A stretch of 64,000 nt of DNA from Auanema rhodensis. Taxonomy: Eukaryota; Animalia; Nematoda. A program made the position numbers and the translations under genes. The notes beneath the pieces were generated by a model. It ran no database searches, was not told where the DNA came from, and saw only the letters and a program-made list of their open reading frames with translations. Positions within the stretch are counted from its first letter, which is position 1; each line of letters begins with the position of its first letter. This document shows positions 15,701 through 30,700 of the stretch, one piece after another. The stretch covers positions 4,216,001-4,280,000 of the forward strand of contig OZ059894.1 of assembly GCA_964057225.1 (NCBI GenBank). The letters are read 5' to 3'.

Positions 15701-18700
15701 TTTTCACCCTGAAGAAATAATTTTTTCGTTGAATAACATTGTCCATCGTCTTTGCCTTGAAAAATGGAATCTAAAAACATCTACTTTTTGCTAAATTATT
15801 TTGAAATTTTTCGAAACAATTTTTGTCAAAATGTTTTTGGAAGCAATGTTGAGTGTACATGGAAACTCAACATACACTAATGCATCATTTTTCTAACGAT
15901 CATAACTAATTTTTGTATTAAGCTTTTCTCAATGTAGTATAGTGCATTCGATGCAGATTTTTAAGCTGCGTCGATCTGTGTTATCAGATTTGCGCTAGCT
16001 TAAAAATGCACCGAGATATCAACTGATATAAGTTCACACTTATATCCTCGATTTTCACCCTGAAGAATTAATTTTTTCGTTGAATAACATTGTCCATCGT
16101 CTTTGCCTTGAAAAATGGAATCTAAAAACATCTACTTTTTGCTAAATTATTTTGAAATTTTTCGAAACAATTTTTGTCAAAATGTTTTTGGAAGCAATGT
16201 TGAGTGTACATGGAAACTCAACATACACTAATGCATCATTTTTCAAACGATCATAACTAATTTTTGTATCAAGCGTTTCTTAATGTAGTATAGTGCATTC
16301 GATGCGGATTTTTAAGCTGCGTCGATCTGTGTTATCAGATTTGCGCTAGCTTAAAAATGCACCGAGATATCAACTGATATAAGTTCACACTTATATCCTC
16401 GATTTTCACCCTGAAGAAATAATTTTTTCGTTGAATAACATTGTCCATCGTCTTTGCCTTGAAAAAAGGAATCTAAAAACATTTAATTTTTGCTGAATTA
16501 TTTTGAAATTTTTCGAAAAAATTTTTGTCAAAATGTTTTTGGAAGCAATGTTGAGTGTACATGGAAACTCAACATACACTAATGCATCATTTTTCTAACG
16601 ATCATAACTAATTTTTGTATTAAGCTTTTCTCAATGTAGTATAGTGCATTCGATGCAGATTTTTAAGCTGCGTCGATCTGTGTTATCAGATTTGATCAAA
16701 ATGTTTTTGGAAGCAATGTTGAGTGTACATGGAAACTCAACATACACTAATGCATCATTTTTCAAACGGTCATAACTAATTTTTGTATCAAGCGTTTCTT
16801 AATGTAGTATAGTGCATTCGATCCGGATTTTTAAGCTGCGTCAATCTGTGTTATCAGATTTGCGCTAGCTTAAAAATGCACCGAGATATCAACTGATATA
16901 AGTTCACACTTATATCCTCGATTTTCACCCTGAAGAAATAATTTTTTCGTTGAATAACATTGTCCATCGTCTTTGCCTTGAAAAAAGGAATCTAAAAACA
17001 TCTACTTTTTGCTAAATTATTTTGAAATTTTTCGAAAAAATTTTTGTCAAAATGTTTTTGGAAGCAATGTTGAGTGTACATGGAAACTCAACATACACTA
17101 ATGCATCATTTTTCTAACGATCATAACTAATTTTTGTATTAAGCTTTTCTCAATGTAGTATAGTGCATTCGATGCGGATTTTTGAGCTGCGTCGATCTGT
17201 GTTATCAGATTTGCGCTAGCTTAAAAATGCACCGAGATATCAACTGATATAAGTTCACACTTATATCCTCGATTTTCACCCTGAAGAATTAATTTTTTCG
17301 TTGAATAACATTGTCCATCGTCTTTGCCTTGAAAAATGGAATCTTAAAACATCTACTTTTTGCTAAATTATTTTGAAATTTGTCGAAAAAATTTTTGTCA
17401 AAATGTTTTTGGAAGCAATGTTGAGTGTACATGGAAACTCAACATACACTAATGCATCATTTTTCAAACGATCATAACTAATTTTTGTATCAAGTGTTTC
17501 TCAATGTAATATAGTGCATTCGATGCGGATTTTTAAGCTGCGTCGATCTGTGTTATCAGATTTGCGCTAGCTTAAAAATGCACCGAGATATCAACTGATA
17601 TAAGTTCACACTTATATCCTCGATTTTCACCCTGAAGAATTAATTTTTTCGTTGAATAACATTGTCCATCGTCTTTGCCTTGAAAAATGGAATCTAAAAA
17701 CATCTACTTTTTGCTAAATTATTTTGAAATTTTTCGAAACAATTTTTGTCAAAATGTTTTTGGAAGCAATGTTGAGTGTACATGGAAACTCAACATACAC
17801 TAATGCATCATTTTTCAAACGATCATAACTAATTTTTGTATCAAGCGTTTCTCAATGTAGTATAGTGCGTTCGATGCGGATTTTTAAGCTGCGTCGATCT
17901 GTGTTATCAGATTTGCGCTAGCTTAAAAATGCACCGAGATATCAACTGATATAAGTTCACACTTATATCCTCGATTTTCACCCTGAAGAATTAATTTTTT
18001 CGTTGAATAACATTGTCCATCGTCTTTGCCTTGAAAAATGGAATCTAAAAACATCTACTTTTTGCTAAATTATTTTGAAATTTTTCGAAACAATTTTTGT
18101 CAAAATGTTTTTGGAAGCAATGTTGAGTGTACATGGAAACTCAACATACACTAATGCATCATTTTTCTAACGATCATAACTAATTTCTGTATTAAGCTTT
18201 TCTCAATGTAGTATAGTGCATTCGATGCAGATTTTTAAGCTGCGTCGATCTGTGTTATCAGATTTGCGCTAGCTTAAAAATGCACCGAGATATCAACTGA
18301 TATAAGTTCACACTTATATCCTCGATTTTCACCCTGAAGAATTAATTTTTTCGTTGAATAACATTGTCCATCGTCTTTGCCTTGAAAAATGGAATCTAAA
18401 AACATCTACTTTTTGCTAAATTATTTTGAAATTTTTCGAAACAATTTTTGTCAAAATGTTTTTGGAAGCAATGTTGAGTGTACATGGAAACTCAACATAC
18501 ACTAATGCATCATTTTTCAAACGATCATAACTAATTTTTGTATCAAGCGTTTCTTAATGTAGTATAGTGCATTCGATGCGGATTTTTAAGCTGCGTCGAT
18601 CTGTGTTATCAGATTTGCGCTAGCTTAAAAATGCACCGAGATATCAACTGATATAAGTTCACACTTATATCCTCGATTTTCACCCTGAAGAATTAACTTT

Positions 18701-21700
18701 TTCGTTGAATAACATTGTCTATCGTCTTTGCCTTGAAAAAAGGAATCTAAAAACATCTACTTTTTGCTAAATTATTTTGAAATTTTTCGAAAAAATTTTT
18801 GTCAAAATGTTTTTGGAAGCAATGTTGAGTGTACATGGAAACTCAACATACACTAATGCATCATTTTTCAAACGGTCATAACTAATTTTTGTATCAAGCG
18901 TTTCTTAATGTAGTATAGTGCATTCGATCCGGATTTTTAAGCTGCGTCAATCTGTGTTATCAGATTTGCGCTAGCTTAAAAATGCACCGAGATATCAACT
19001 GATATAAGTTCACACTTATATCCTCGATTTTCACCCTGAAGAAATAATTTTTTCGTTGAATAACATTGTCCATCGTCTTTGCCTTGAAAAAAGGAATCTA
19101 AAAACATCTACTTTTTGCTAAATTATTTTGAAATTTTTCGAAAAAATTTTTGTCAAAATGTTTTTGGAAGCAATGTTGAGTGTACATGGAAACTCAACAT
19201 ACACTAATGCATCATTTTTCTAACGATCATAACTAATTTTTGTATTAAGCTTTTCTCAATGTAGTATAGTGCATTCGATGCGGATTTTTGAGCTGCGTCG
19301 ATCTGTGTTATCAGATTTGCGCTAGCTTAAAAATGCACCGAGATATCAACTGATATAAGTTCACACTTATATCCTCGATTTTCACCCTGAAGAATTAATT
19401 TTTTCGTTGAATAACATTGTCCATCGTCTTTGCCTTGAAAAATGGAATCTTAAAACATCTACTTTTTGCTAAATTATTTTGAAATTTGTCGAAAAAATTT
19501 TTGTCAAAATGTTTTTGGAAGCAATGTTGAGTGTACATGGAAACTCAACATACACTAATGCATCATTTTTCAAACGATCATAACTAATTTTTGTATCAAG
19601 TGTTTCTCAATGTAATATAGTGCATTCGATGCGGATTTTTAAGCTGCGTCGATCTGTATTATCAGATTTGCGCTAGCTTAAAAATGCACCGAGATATCAA
19701 CTGATATAAGTTCACACTTATATCCTCGATTTTCACCCTGAAGAATTAATTTTTTCGTTGAATAACATTGTCCATCGTCTTTGCCTTGAAAAATGGAATC
19801 TAAAAACATCTACTTTTTGCTAAATTATTTTGAAATTTTTCGAAACAATTTTTGTCAAAATGTTTTTGGAAGCAATGTTGAGTGTACATGGAAACTCAAC
19901 ATACACTAATGCATCATTTTTCAAACGGTCATAACTAATTTTTGTATCAAGCGTTTCTTAATGTAGTATAGTGCATTCGATCCGGATTTTTAAGTTGCGT
20001 CGATCTGTGTTATCAGATTTGCGCTAGCTTAAAAATGCACCGAGATATCAACTGATATAAGTTCACACTTATATCCTCGATTTTCACCCTGAAGAATTAA
20101 TTTTTTCGTTGAATAACATTGTCCATCGTCTTTGCCTTGAAAAATGGAATCTAAAAACATCTACTATTTGCTAAATTATTTTGAAATTTTTCGAAAAAAT
20201 TTTTGTCAAAATGTTTTTGGAAGCAATGTTGAGTGTACATGGAAACTCAACATACACTAATGCATCATTTTTCAAACGATCATAACTAATTTTTGTATTA
20301 AGCGTTTCTCAATGTAGTATAGTGCATTCGATGCGGATTTTTAAGCTGCGTCGATCTGTGTTATCAGATTTGCGCTAGCTTAAAAATGCACCGAGATATC
20401 AACTGATATAAGTTCACACTTATATCCTCGATTTTCACCCTGAAGAATTAACTTTTTCGTTGAATAACATTGTCCATCGTCTTTGCCTTGAAAAAAGGAA
20501 TCTAAAAACATCTACTTTTTGCTAAATTATTTTGAAATTTTTCGAAAAAATTTTTGTCAAAATGTTTTTGGAAGCAATGTTGAGTGTACATGGAAACTCA
20601 ACATACACTAATGCATCATTTTTCTAACGATCATAACTAATTTTTGTATTAAGCTTTTCTCAATGTAGTGTAGTGCATTCGATGCGAATTTTTAAGCTGC
20701 GTCGATCTGTGTTATCAGATTTGCGCTAGCTTAAAAATGCACCGAGATATCAACTGATATAAGTTCACACTTATATCCTCGATTTTCACCCTGAAGAAAT
20801 AATTTTTTCGTTGAATAACATTGTCCATCGTCTTTGCCTTGAAAAAAGGAATCTAAAAACATCTACTTTTTGCTAAATTATTTTGAAATTTTTCGAAAAA
20901 ATTTTTGTCAAAATGTTTTTGGAAGCAATGTTGAGTGTACATGGAAACTCAACATACACTAATGCATCATTTTTCTAACGATCATAACTAATTTTTGTAT
21001 TAAGCTTTTCTCAATGTAGTATAGTGCATTCGATGCGGATTTTTGAGCTGCGTCGATCTGTGTTATCAGATTTGCGCTAGCTTAAAAATGCACCGAGATA
21101 TCAACTGATATAAGTTCACACTTATATCCTCGATTTTCACCCTGAAGAATTAATTTTTTCGTTGAATAACATTGTCCATCGTCTTTGCCTTGAAAAATGG
21201 AATCTTAAAACATCTACTTTTTGCTAAATTATTTTGAAATTTGTCGAAAAAATTTTTGTCAAAATGTTTTTGGAAGCAATGTTGAGTGTACATGGAAACT
21301 CAACATACACTAATGCATCATTTTTCAAACGATCATAACTAATTTTTGTATCAAGTGTTTCTCAATGTAATATAGTGCATTCGATGCGGATTTTTAAGCT
21401 GCGTCGATCTGTGTTATCAGATTTGCGCTAGCTTAAAAATGCACCGAGATATCAACTGATATAAGTTCACACTTATATCCTCGATTTTCACCCTGAAGAA
21501 TTAATTTTTTCGTTGAATAACATTGTCCATCGTCTTTGCCTTGAAAAAAGGAATCTAAAAACTTCTACTTTTTGCTAAATTATTTTGAAATTTTTCGAAA
21601 CAATTTTTGTCAAAATGTTTTTGGAAGCAATGTTGAGTGTACATGGAAACTCAACATACACTAATGCATCATTTTTCAAACGGTCATAACTAATTTTTGT

Positions 21701-24700
21701 ATCAAGCGTTTCTTAATGTAGTATAGTGCATTCGATCCGGATTTTTAAGTTGCGTCGATCTGTGTTATCAGATTTGCGCTAGCTTAAAAATGCACCGAGA
21801 TATCAACTGATATAAGTTCACACTTATATCCTCGATTTTCACCCTGAAGAATTAATTTTTTCGTTGAATAACATTGTCCATCGTCTTTGCCTTGAAAAAT
21901 GGAATCTAAAAACATCTACTATTTGCTAAATTATTTTGAAATTTTTCGAAAAAATTTTTGTCAAAATGTTTTTGGAAGCAATGTTGAGTGTACATGGAAA
22001 CTCAACATACACTAATGCATCATTTTTCAAACGATCATAACTAATTTTTGTATTAAGCGTTTCTCAATGTAGTATAGTGCATTCGATGCGGATTTTTAAG
22101 CTGCGTCGATCTGTGTTATCAGATTTGCGCTAGCTTAAAAATGCACCGAGATATCAACTGATATAAGTTCACACTTATATCCTCGATTTTCACCCTGAAG
22201 AAATAATTTTTTCGTTGAATAACATTGTCCATCGTCTTTGCCTTGAAAAAAGGAATCTAAAAACATCTACTTTTTGCTAAATTATTTTGAAATTTTTCGA
22301 AAAAATTTTTGTCAAAATGTTTTTGGAAGCAATGTTGAGTGTACATGGAAACTCAACATACACTAATGCATCATTTTTCAAACGGTCATAACTAATTTTT
22401 GTATCAAGCGTTTCTTAATGTAGTATAGTGCATTCGATCCGGATTTTTAAGTTGCGTCGATCTGTGTTATCAGATTTGCGCTAGCTTAAAAATGCACCGA
22501 GATATCAACTGATATAAGTTCACACTTATATCCTCGATTTTCACCCTGAAGAATTAATTTTTTCGTTGAATAACATTGTCCATCGTCTTTGCCTTGAAAA
22601 ATGGAATCTAAAAACATCTACTATTTGCTAAATTATTTTGAAATTTTTCGAAAAAATTTTTGTCAAAATGTTTTTGGAAGCAATGTTGAGTGTACATGGA
22701 AACTCAACATACACTAATGCATCATTTTTCAAACGATCATAACTAATTTTTGTATTAAGCGTTTCTCAATGTAGTATAGTGCATTCGATGCGGATTTTTA
22801 AGCTGCGTCGATCTGTGTTATCAGATTTGCGCTAGCTTAAAAATGCACCGAGATATCAACTGATATAAGTTCACACTTATATCCTCGATTTTCACCCTGA
22901 AGAAATAATTTTTTCGTTGAATAACATTGTCCATCGTCTTTGCCTTGAAAAAAGGAATCTAAAAACATCTACTTTTTGCTAAATTATTTTGAAATTTTTC
23001 GAAAAAATTTTTGTCAAAATGTTTTTGGAAGCAATGTTGAGTGTACATGGAAACTCAACATACACTAATGCATCATTTTTCTAACGATCATAACTAATTT
23101 TTGTATTAAGCTTTTCTCAATGTAGTATAGTGCATTCGATGCGAATTTTTAAGCTGCGTCGATCTGTGTTATCAGATTTGCGCTAGCTTAAAAATGCACC
23201 GAGATATCAACTGATATAAGTTCACACTTATATCCTCGATTTTCACCCTGAAGAATTAATTTTTTCGTTGAATAACATTGTCCATCGTCTTTGCCTTGAA
23301 AAATGGAATCTTAAAACATCTACTTTTTGCTAAATTATTTTGAAATTTTTCGAAAAAATTTTTGTCAAAATGTTTTTGGAAGCAATGTTGAGTGTACATG
23401 GAAACTCAACATACACTAATGCATCATTTTTCAAACGATCATAACTAATTTTTGTATCAAGTGTTTCTCAATGTAATATAGTGCATTCGATGCGGATTTT
23501 TAAGCTGCGTCGATCTGTGTTATCAGATTTGCGCTAGCTTAAAAATGCACCGAGATATCAACTGATATAAGTTCACACTTATATCCTCGATTTTCACCCT
23601 GAAGAATTAATTTTTTCGTTGAATAACATTGTCCATCGTCTTTGCCTTGAAAAATGGAATCTAAAAACATCTACTTTTTGCTAAATTATTTTGAAATTTT
23701 TCGAAACAATTTTTGTCAAAATGTTTTTGGAAGCAATGTTGAGTGTACATGGAAACTCAACATACACTAATGCATCATTTTTCAAACGGTCATAACTAAT
23801 TTTTGTATCAAGCGTTTCTTAATGTAGTATAGTGCATTCGATCCGGATTTTTAAGCTGCGTCAATCTGTGTTATCAGATTTGCGCTAGCTTAAAAATGCA
23901 CCGAGATATCAACTGATATAAGTTCACACTTATATCCTCGATTTTCACCCCGAAGAATTAATTTTTTCGTTGAATAACATTGTCCATCGTCTTTGCCTTG
24001 AAAAATGGAATCTAAAAACATCTACTTTTTGCTAAATTATTTTGAAATTTTTCGAAACAATTTTTGTCAAAATGTTTTTGGAAGCAATGTTGAGTGTACA
24101 TGGAAACTCAACATACACTAATGCATCATTTTTCAAACGGTCATAACTAATTTTTGTATCAAGCGTTTCTTAATGTAGTATAGTGCATTCGATCCGGATT
24201 TTTAAGCTGCGTCGATCTGTGTTATCAGATTTGCGCTAGCTTAAAAATGCACCGAGATATCAACTGATATAAGTTCACACTTATATCCTCGATTTTCACC
24301 CTGAAGAATTAATTTTTTCGTTGAATAACATTGTCCATCGTCTTTGCCTTGAAAAATGGAATCTAAAAACATCTACTTTTTGCTAAATTATTTTGAAATT
24401 TTTCGAAACAATTTTTGTCAAAATGTTTTTGGAAGCAATGTTGAGTGTACATGGAAACTCAACATACACTAATGCATCATTTTTCAAACGGTCATAACTA
24501 ATTTTTGTATCAAGCGTTTCTTAATGTAGTATAGTGCATTCGATCCGGATTTTTAAGCTGCGTCAATCTGTGTTATCAGATTTGCGCTAGCTTAAAAATG
24601 CACCGAGATATCAACTGATATAAGTTCACACTTATATCCTCGATTTTCACCCCGAAGAATTAATTTTTTCGTTGAATAACATTGTCCATCGTCTTTGCCT

Positions 24701-27700
24701 TGAAAAATGGAATCTAAAAACATCTACTTTTTGCTAAATTATTTTGAAATTTTTCGAAACAATTTTTGTCAAAATGTTTTTGGAAGCAATGTTGAGTGTA
24801 CATGGAAACTCAACATACACTAATGCATCATTTTTCAAACGGTCATAACTAATTTTTGTATCAAGCGTTTCTTAATGTAGTATAGTGCATTCGATCCGGA
24901 TTTTTAAGCTGCGTCAATCTGTGTTATCAGATTTGCGCTAGCTTAAAAATGCACCGAGATATCAACTGATATAAGTTCACACTTATATCCTCGATTTTCA
25001 CCCTGAAGATATAATTTTTTCGTTGAATAACATTGTCCATCGTCTTTGCCTTGAAAAAAGGAATCTAAAAACATCTACTTTTTGCTAAATTATTTTGAAA
25101 TTTTTCGAAAAAATTTTTGTCAAAATGTTTTTGGAAGCAATGTTGAGTGTACATGGAAACTCAACATACACTAATGCATCATTTTTCAAACGATCATAAC
25201 TAATTTTTGTATCAAGCGTTTCTCAATGTAGTATAGTGCATTCGATGCGGATTTTTAAGCTGCGTCGATCTGTGTTATCAGATTTGCGCTAGCTTAAAAA
25301 TGCACCGAGATATCAACTGATATAAGTTCACACTTATATCCTCGATTTTCACCCTGAAGAAATAATTTTTTCGTTGAATATTATTGTCCATCGTCTTTGC
25401 CTTGAAAAAAGGAATCTAAAAACAACTACTTTTTGCTAAATTATTTTGAAATTTTTCGAAAAAATTTTTGTCAAAATGTTTTTGGAAGCAATGTTGAGTG
25501 TACATGGAAACTCAACATACACTAATGCATCATTTTTCAAACGATCATAACTAATTTTTGTATCAAGCGTTTCTCAATATAGTATAGTGCATTCGATGCG
25601 GATTTTTAAGCTGCGTCGATCTGTGTTATCAGATTTGCGCTAGCTTAAAAATGCACCGAGACATCAACTGATATAAGTTCACACTTATATCCTCGATTTT
25701 CACCCTGAAGAATTAACTTTTTCGTTGAATAACATTGTCTATCGTCTTTGCCTTGAAAAATGGAATCTAAAAACATCTACTTTTTGCTAAATTATTTTGA
25801 AATTTTTCGAAAAAATTTTTGTCAAAATGTTTTTGGAAGCAATGTTGAGTGTACATGGAAACTCAACATACACTAATGCATCATTTTTCAAACGATCATA
25901 ACTAATTTTTGTATTAAGCGTTTCTCAATGTAGTATAGTGCATTCGATGCGGATTTTTAAGCTGCGTCAATCTGTGTTATCAGATTTGCGCTAGCTTAAA
26001 AATGCACCGAGATATCAACTGATATAAGTTCACACTTATATCCTCGATTTTCACCCTGAAGAATTAATTTTTTCGTTGAATAACATTGTCCATCGTCTTT
26101 GCCTTGAAAAATGGAATCTCAAAACATCTACTTTTTGCTAAATTATTTTGAAATTTTTCGAAAAAATTTTTGTCAAAATGTTTTTGGAAGCAATGTTGAG
26201 TGTACATGGAAACTCAACATACACTAATGCATCATTTTTCAAACGATCATAACTAATTTTTGTATCAAGTGTTTCTCAATGTAATATAGTGCATTCGATG
26301 CGGATTTTTAAGCTGCGTCGATCTGTGTTATCAGATTTGCGCTAGCTTAAAAATGCACCGAGATATCAACTGATATAAGTTCACACTTATATCCTCGATT
26401 TTCACCCTGAAGAATTAATTTTTTCGTTGAATAACATTGTCCATCGTCTTTGCCTTGAAAAATGAAATCTAAAAACATCTACTTTTTGCTAAATTATTTT
26501 GAAATTTTTCGAAACAATTTTTGTCAAAATGTTTTTGGAAGCAATGTTGAGTGTACATGGAAACTCAACATACACTAATGCATCATTTTTCAAACGGTCA
26601 TAACTAATTTTTGTATCAAGCGTTTCTTAATGTAGTATAGTGCATTCGATCCGGATTTTTAAGCTGCGTCGATCTGTGTTATCAGATTTGCGCTAGCTTA
26701 AAAATGCACCGAGATATCAACTGATATAAGTTCACACTTATATCCTCGATTTTCACCCTGAAGAATTAATTTTTTTGTTGAATAACATTGTCCATCGTCT
26801 TTGCCTTGAAAAATGGAATCTAAAAACATCTACTTTTTGCTAAATTATTTTGAAATTTTTCGAAAAAATTTTTGTCAAAATGTTTTTGGAAGCAATGTTG
26901 AGTGTACATGGAAACTCAACATACACTAATGCATCATTTTTCAAACGATCATAACTAATTTTTGTATTAAGCGTTTCTCAATGTAGTATAGTGCATTCGA
27001 TGCGGATTTTTAAGCTGCGTCAATCTGTGTTATCAGATTTGCGCTAGCTTAAAAATGCACCGAGATATCAACTGATATAAGTTCACACTTATATCCTCGA
27101 TTTTCACCCTGAAGAAATAATTTTTTCGTTGAATATTATTGTCCATCGTCTTTGCCTTAAAAAAAGGAATCTAAAAACATCTACTTTTTGCTAAATTATT
27201 TTGAAATTTTTCGAAAAAATTTTTGTCAAAATGTTTTTGGAAGCAATGTTGAGTGTACATGGAAACTCAACATACACTAATGCATCATTTTTCAAACGAT
27301 CATAACTAATTTTTGTATCAAGCGTTTCTCAATGTAGTATAGTGCATTCGATGCGGATTTTTAAGCTGCGTCGATCTGTGTTATCAGATTTGCGCTAGCT
27401 TAAAAATGCACCGAGATATCAACTGATATAAGTTCACACTTATATCCTCGATTTTCACCCTGAAGAATTAATTTTTTCGTTGAATAACATTGTCCATCGT
27501 CTTTGCCTTGAAAAATGGAATCTAAAAACATCTACTTTTTGCTAAATTATTTTGAAATTTTTCGAAACAATTTTTGTCAAAATGTTTTTGGAAGCAATGT
27601 TGAGTGTACATGGAAACTCAACATACACTAATGCATCATTTTTCAAACGGTCATAACTAATTTTTGTATCAAGCGTTTCTTAATGTAGTATAGTGCATTC

Positions 27701-30700
27701 GATCCGGATTTTTAAGCTGCGTCGATCTGTGTTATCAGATTTGCGCTAGCTTAAAAATGCACCGAGATATCAACTGATATAAGTTCACACTTATATCCTC
27801 GATTTTCACCCTGAAGAATTAATTTTTTTGTTGAATAACATTGTTCATCGTCTTTGCCTTGAAAAATGGAATCTAAAAACATCTACTTTTTGCTAAATTA
27901 TTTTGAAATTTTTCGAAAAAATTTTTGTCAAAATGTTTTTGGAAGCAATGTTGAGTGTACATGGAAACTCAACATACACTAATGCATCATTTTTCAAACG
28001 ATCATAACTAATTTTTGTATTAAGCGTTTCTCAATGTAGTATAGTGCATTCGATGCGGATTTTTAAGCTGCGTCAATCTGTGTTATCAGATTTGCGCTAG
28101 CTTAAAAATGCACCGAGATATCAACTGATATAAGTTCACACTTATATCCTCGATTTTCACCCTGAAGAAATAATTTTTTCGTTGAATATTATTGTCCATC
28201 GTCTTTGCCTTAAAAAAAGGAATCTAAAAACATCTACTTTTTGCTAAATTATTTTGAAATTTTTCGAAAAAATTTTTGTCAAAATGTTTTTGGAAGCAAT
28301 GTTGAGTGTACATGGAAACTCAACATACACTAATGCATCATTTTTCAAACGATCATAACTAATTTTTGTATCAAGCGTTTCTCAATGTAGTATAGTGCAT
28401 TCGATGCGGATTTTTAAGCTGCGTCGATCTGTGTTATCAGATTTGCGCTAGCTTAAAAATGCACCGAGATATCAACTGATATAAGTTCACACTTATATCC
28501 TCGATTTTCACCCTGAAGAAATAATTTTTTCGTTGAATATTATTGTCCATCGTCTTTGCCTTGAAAAAAGGAATCTAAAAACATCTACTTTTTGCTAAAT
28601 TATTTTGAAATTTTTCGAAAAAATTTTTGTCAAAATGTTTTTGGAAGCAATGTTGAGTGTACATGGAAACTCAACATACACTAATGCATCATTTTTCAAA
28701 CGATCATAACTAATTTTTGTATCAAGCGTTTCTCAATATAGTATAGTGCATTCGATGCGGATTTTTAAGCTGCGTCGATCTGTGTTATCAGATTTGCGCT
28801 AGCTTAAAAATGCACCGAGATATCAACTGATATAAGTTCACACTTATATCCTCGATTTTCACCCTGAAGAATTAACTTTTTCGTTTAATAACATTGTCTA
28901 TCGTCTTTGCCTTGAAAAATGGAAACTAAAAACATCTACTTTTTGCTAAATTATTTTGAAATTTTTCGAAAAAATTTTTGTCAAAATGTTTTTGGAAGCA
29001 ATGTTGAGTGTACATGGAAACTCAACATACACTAATGCATCATTTTTCAAACGATCATAACTAATTTTTGTATTAAGCGTTTCTCAATGTAGTATAGTGC
29101 ATTCGATGCGGATTTTTAAGCTGCGTCAATCTGTGTTATCAGATTTGCGCTAGCTTAAAAATGCACCGAGATATCAACTGATATAAGTTCACACTTATAT
29201 CCTCGATTTTCACCCTGAAGAAATAATTTTTTCGTTGAATATTATTGTCCATCGTCTTTGCCTTGAAAAAAGGAATCTAAAAACATCTACTTTTTGCTAA
29301 ATTATTTTGAAATTTTTCGAAAAAATTTTTGTCAAAATGTTTTTGGAAGCAATGTTGAGTGTACATGGAAACTCAACATACACTAATGCATCATTTTTCA
29401 AACGGTCATAACTAATTTTTGTATCAAGCGTTTCTTAATGTAGTATAGTGCATTCGATCCGGATTTTTAAGCTGCGTCGATCTGTGTTATCAGATTTGCG
29501 CTAGCTTAAAAATGCACCGAGATATCAACTGATATAAGTTCACACTTATATCCTCGATTTTCACCCTGAAGAATTAACTTTTTCGTTTAATAACATTGTC
29601 TATCGTCTTTGCCTTGAAAAATGGAATCTAAAAACATCTACTTTTTGCTAAATTATTTTGAAATTTTTCGAAAAAATTTTTGTCAAAATGTTTTTGGAAG
29701 CAATGTTGAGTGTACATGGAAACTCAACATACACTAATGCATCATTTTTCAAACGATCATAACTAATTTTTGTATTAAGCGTTTCTCAATGTAGTATAGT
29801 GCATTCGATGAGGATTTTTAAGCTGCGTCAATCTGTGTTATCAGATTTGCGCTAGCTTAAAAATGCACCGAGATATCAACTGATATAAGTTCACACTTAT
29901 ATCCTCGATTTTCACCCTGAAGAAATAATTTTTTCGTTGAATATTATTGTCCATCGTCTTTGCCTTGGAAAAAGGAATCTAAAAACATCTACTTTTTGCT
30001 AAATTATTTTGAAATTTTTCGAAACAATTTTTGTCAAAATGTTTTTGGAAGCAATGTTGAGTGTACATGGAAACTCAACATACACTAATGCATCATTTTT
30101 CAAACGGTCATAACTAATTTTTGTATCAAGCGTTTCTTAATGTAGTATAGTGCATTCGATCCGGATTTTTAAGCTGCGTCAATCTGTGTTATCAGATTTG
30201 CGCTAGCTTAAAAATGCACCGAGATATCAACTGATATAAGTTCACACTTATATCCTCGATGTTCACCCTGAAGAAATAATTTTTTCGTTGAATAACATTG
30301 TCCATCGTCTTTGCCTTGAAAAAAGGAATCTAAAAACATCTACTTTTTGCTAAATTATTTTGAAATTTTTCGAAAAAATTTTTGTCAAAATGTTTTTGGA
30401 AGCAATGTTGAGTGTACATGGAAACTCAACATACACTAATGCATCATTTTTCAAACGATCATAACTAATTTTTGTATTAAGCGTTTCTCAATGTAGTATA
30501 GTGCATTCGATGCGGATTTTTAAGCTGCGTCAATCTGTGTTATCAGATTTGCGCTAGCTTAAAAATGCACCGAGATATCAACTGATATAAGTTCACACTT
30601 ATATCCTCGATTTTCACCCTGAAGAATTAACTTTTTCGTTGAATAACATTGTCTATCGTCTTTGCCTTGAAAAATGGAATCTAAAAACATCTACTTTTTG

